NCBI GenBank assembly: GCA_003990765.1
Contig: RBNJ01000029.1
Location: forward strand, 1 to 49,928
Length of the DNA: 49,928 bases
Direction: 5' to 3'
DNA from: Jimgerdemannia flammicorona
Taxonomy: Eukaryota
Each line of letters starts with the position of its first letter. Positions within the stretch are counted from its first letter, which is position 1. Shown here one piece after another: positions 48,576 through 49,928 of the stretch. Below the pieces are notes generated by a model, which ran no database searches, was not told the DNA's origin, and saw only the letters and a list, made by a program, of their open reading frames with translations. The position numbers were made by a program, and so were the translations under genes.

Positions 48576-49928
48576 TGTTGATAAGCTGGCGTCTTCCATA
48601 TACGTTTCAAGTGTTGTTGGTAACGAGGCACTCTAAAATACGTCGACCAGCGCTTAAGGGTGGGCACGGCTTTGTGGTCGGTCCGGGCGCTTAATAAATT
48701 CGGACCGGGTAAAGCTATATTTTTCATAGTTTTTGTGACCCCGCTCTGGATAGATAAAGCCTGGCCTTCGGGTCTCCTTTTTTTTGCTTTCGAAGATATG
48801 TGTTTTTCACCGTTTTTGCAACCCCACTTTTGTCTTTACTGACCTTCTTCATTTCACTTCCCTGGTTTTCGCGGTTTTCGCGACCTCACTTTTGCATTGT
48901 TATTGAAGGTGCCAATTCTCTGCTGCGTGTATATACGGTTCAGCCACAACAGACGCGTGTTTACTTGAGGACAGTCCCCCAACTCTCGAAATCCCTCCAA
49001 ACCCGTGCATCACCTACGTGTACCTCACCACCGCGCGCTCCGTCAGCCCCCTCAAGCACCTCAAACACCATCAACAGCAGTTCAAGGCCCATACTATACG
49101 ATGCGCTCTGCAACAGCATGACCCTAGCAGGTGCGGGCGCCATCACTGACCTGACCCGTCCGTTCGAATCTGGCACCTCCGCGTGCTGCACGATCTTTTG
49201 CCACACAAGCTGTCTGCATCGTCTACGCGGTCGGTGTCCATGAGCCGTGTTCGTGAATCCCGTTGTCACAACTAGCGGCCCGGTAGGCGGTCAGGGAATT
49301 GTGGTGTATGTATGTGGATCAGGTGGGTTTCTAAAGTAGCAGAATAGTATCGTATGGTGAAGATTCGCATGAGTAATTGTTTCAGTCGTCTATATACTCG
49401 AACCTCTCCAATTCCCCTCTCCACCAATTCAGCCCGATTCTTCCGTCACTCCTTCCAACCGCACCTCACCTCAGCTGGCGGGCCTGGTGCTCTGCGCTGC
49501 TGCCAAGCCGAGTCAAATGGAGCTGCTCAAGAAGAATCCGCTCAAGAACTTCGACTCTGAATCTGATCCGCGCGTTGTCTCTGCTCTGCCGCCGATTTGT
49601 CCACGAGGCAACCAGCTCGTGCCATTAAGCTGTCTTCACGCATCAAGACTCCTGCTGCCCTGATCCCCCCTGGAGGAAGGAAAGGCTGACTGTCAATCTT
49701 TCGCTGGTGTATATAATGGGGAAGAGATCTGTTTTGAGGAGATTAGGGCTAAAGAGGGAAAGTGTTGTCAGTGGGATGAGAGGTTGCGAGGAACGGCGCG
49801 AGGAGTGCCAGGAAGATGGATGTGGAAGTCGAAGACAATGATAATAAGGAAGAAATAGTGCTAGGGAAGAGAGTCAAATCCATTGCCGAGAACACCGGTG
49901 AAAGGTGAGTTTCATTTTTTTTTTTTTT

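Noticed and set aside
48800-49628. Intact host gene from the short ORFs
   Set aside because: No convincing domain, start context or splice structure could be established.

Overview
Eukaryotic, probably fungal, heterochromatic transposon cluster. An early-diverging lineage such as Mucoromycota is an inference from the element mix and the TPR relic. About 48 kb is nested, mostly decayed retroelements. (1) An old plus-strand L1-like LINE is split by copia-1 (2902-18913; 125-bp LTRs), which itself carries a complete DIRS1-type tyrosine-recombinase (YR) retrotransposon (ITRs, ICR, gag/RT/RH/methyltransferase/YR) and a full-length L1-like LINE with a TSD. (2) Copia-2 (20738-26842) carries a poly(A)/TSD retro-insertion in its protease motif and a second DIRS1 copy in its 3' LTR. 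That DIRS copy in turn contains a complete Ngaro-type YR element with split direct repeats. (3) A pile of LINE tails, a foldback MITE-like element, gypsy integrase scraps and a well-preserved full-length LINE (40106-45888). C>T/G>A decay is pervasive and age-stratified. CpG-rich sequence resumes sharply near 48.2 kb with a TPR relic and a Helitron-like end. The most unusual feature is an array of about ten 23-nt repeats with unique spacers just downstream of the Ngaro recombinase gene (33932-34297). No intact host gene is confidently identified. All alignments were made by eye.
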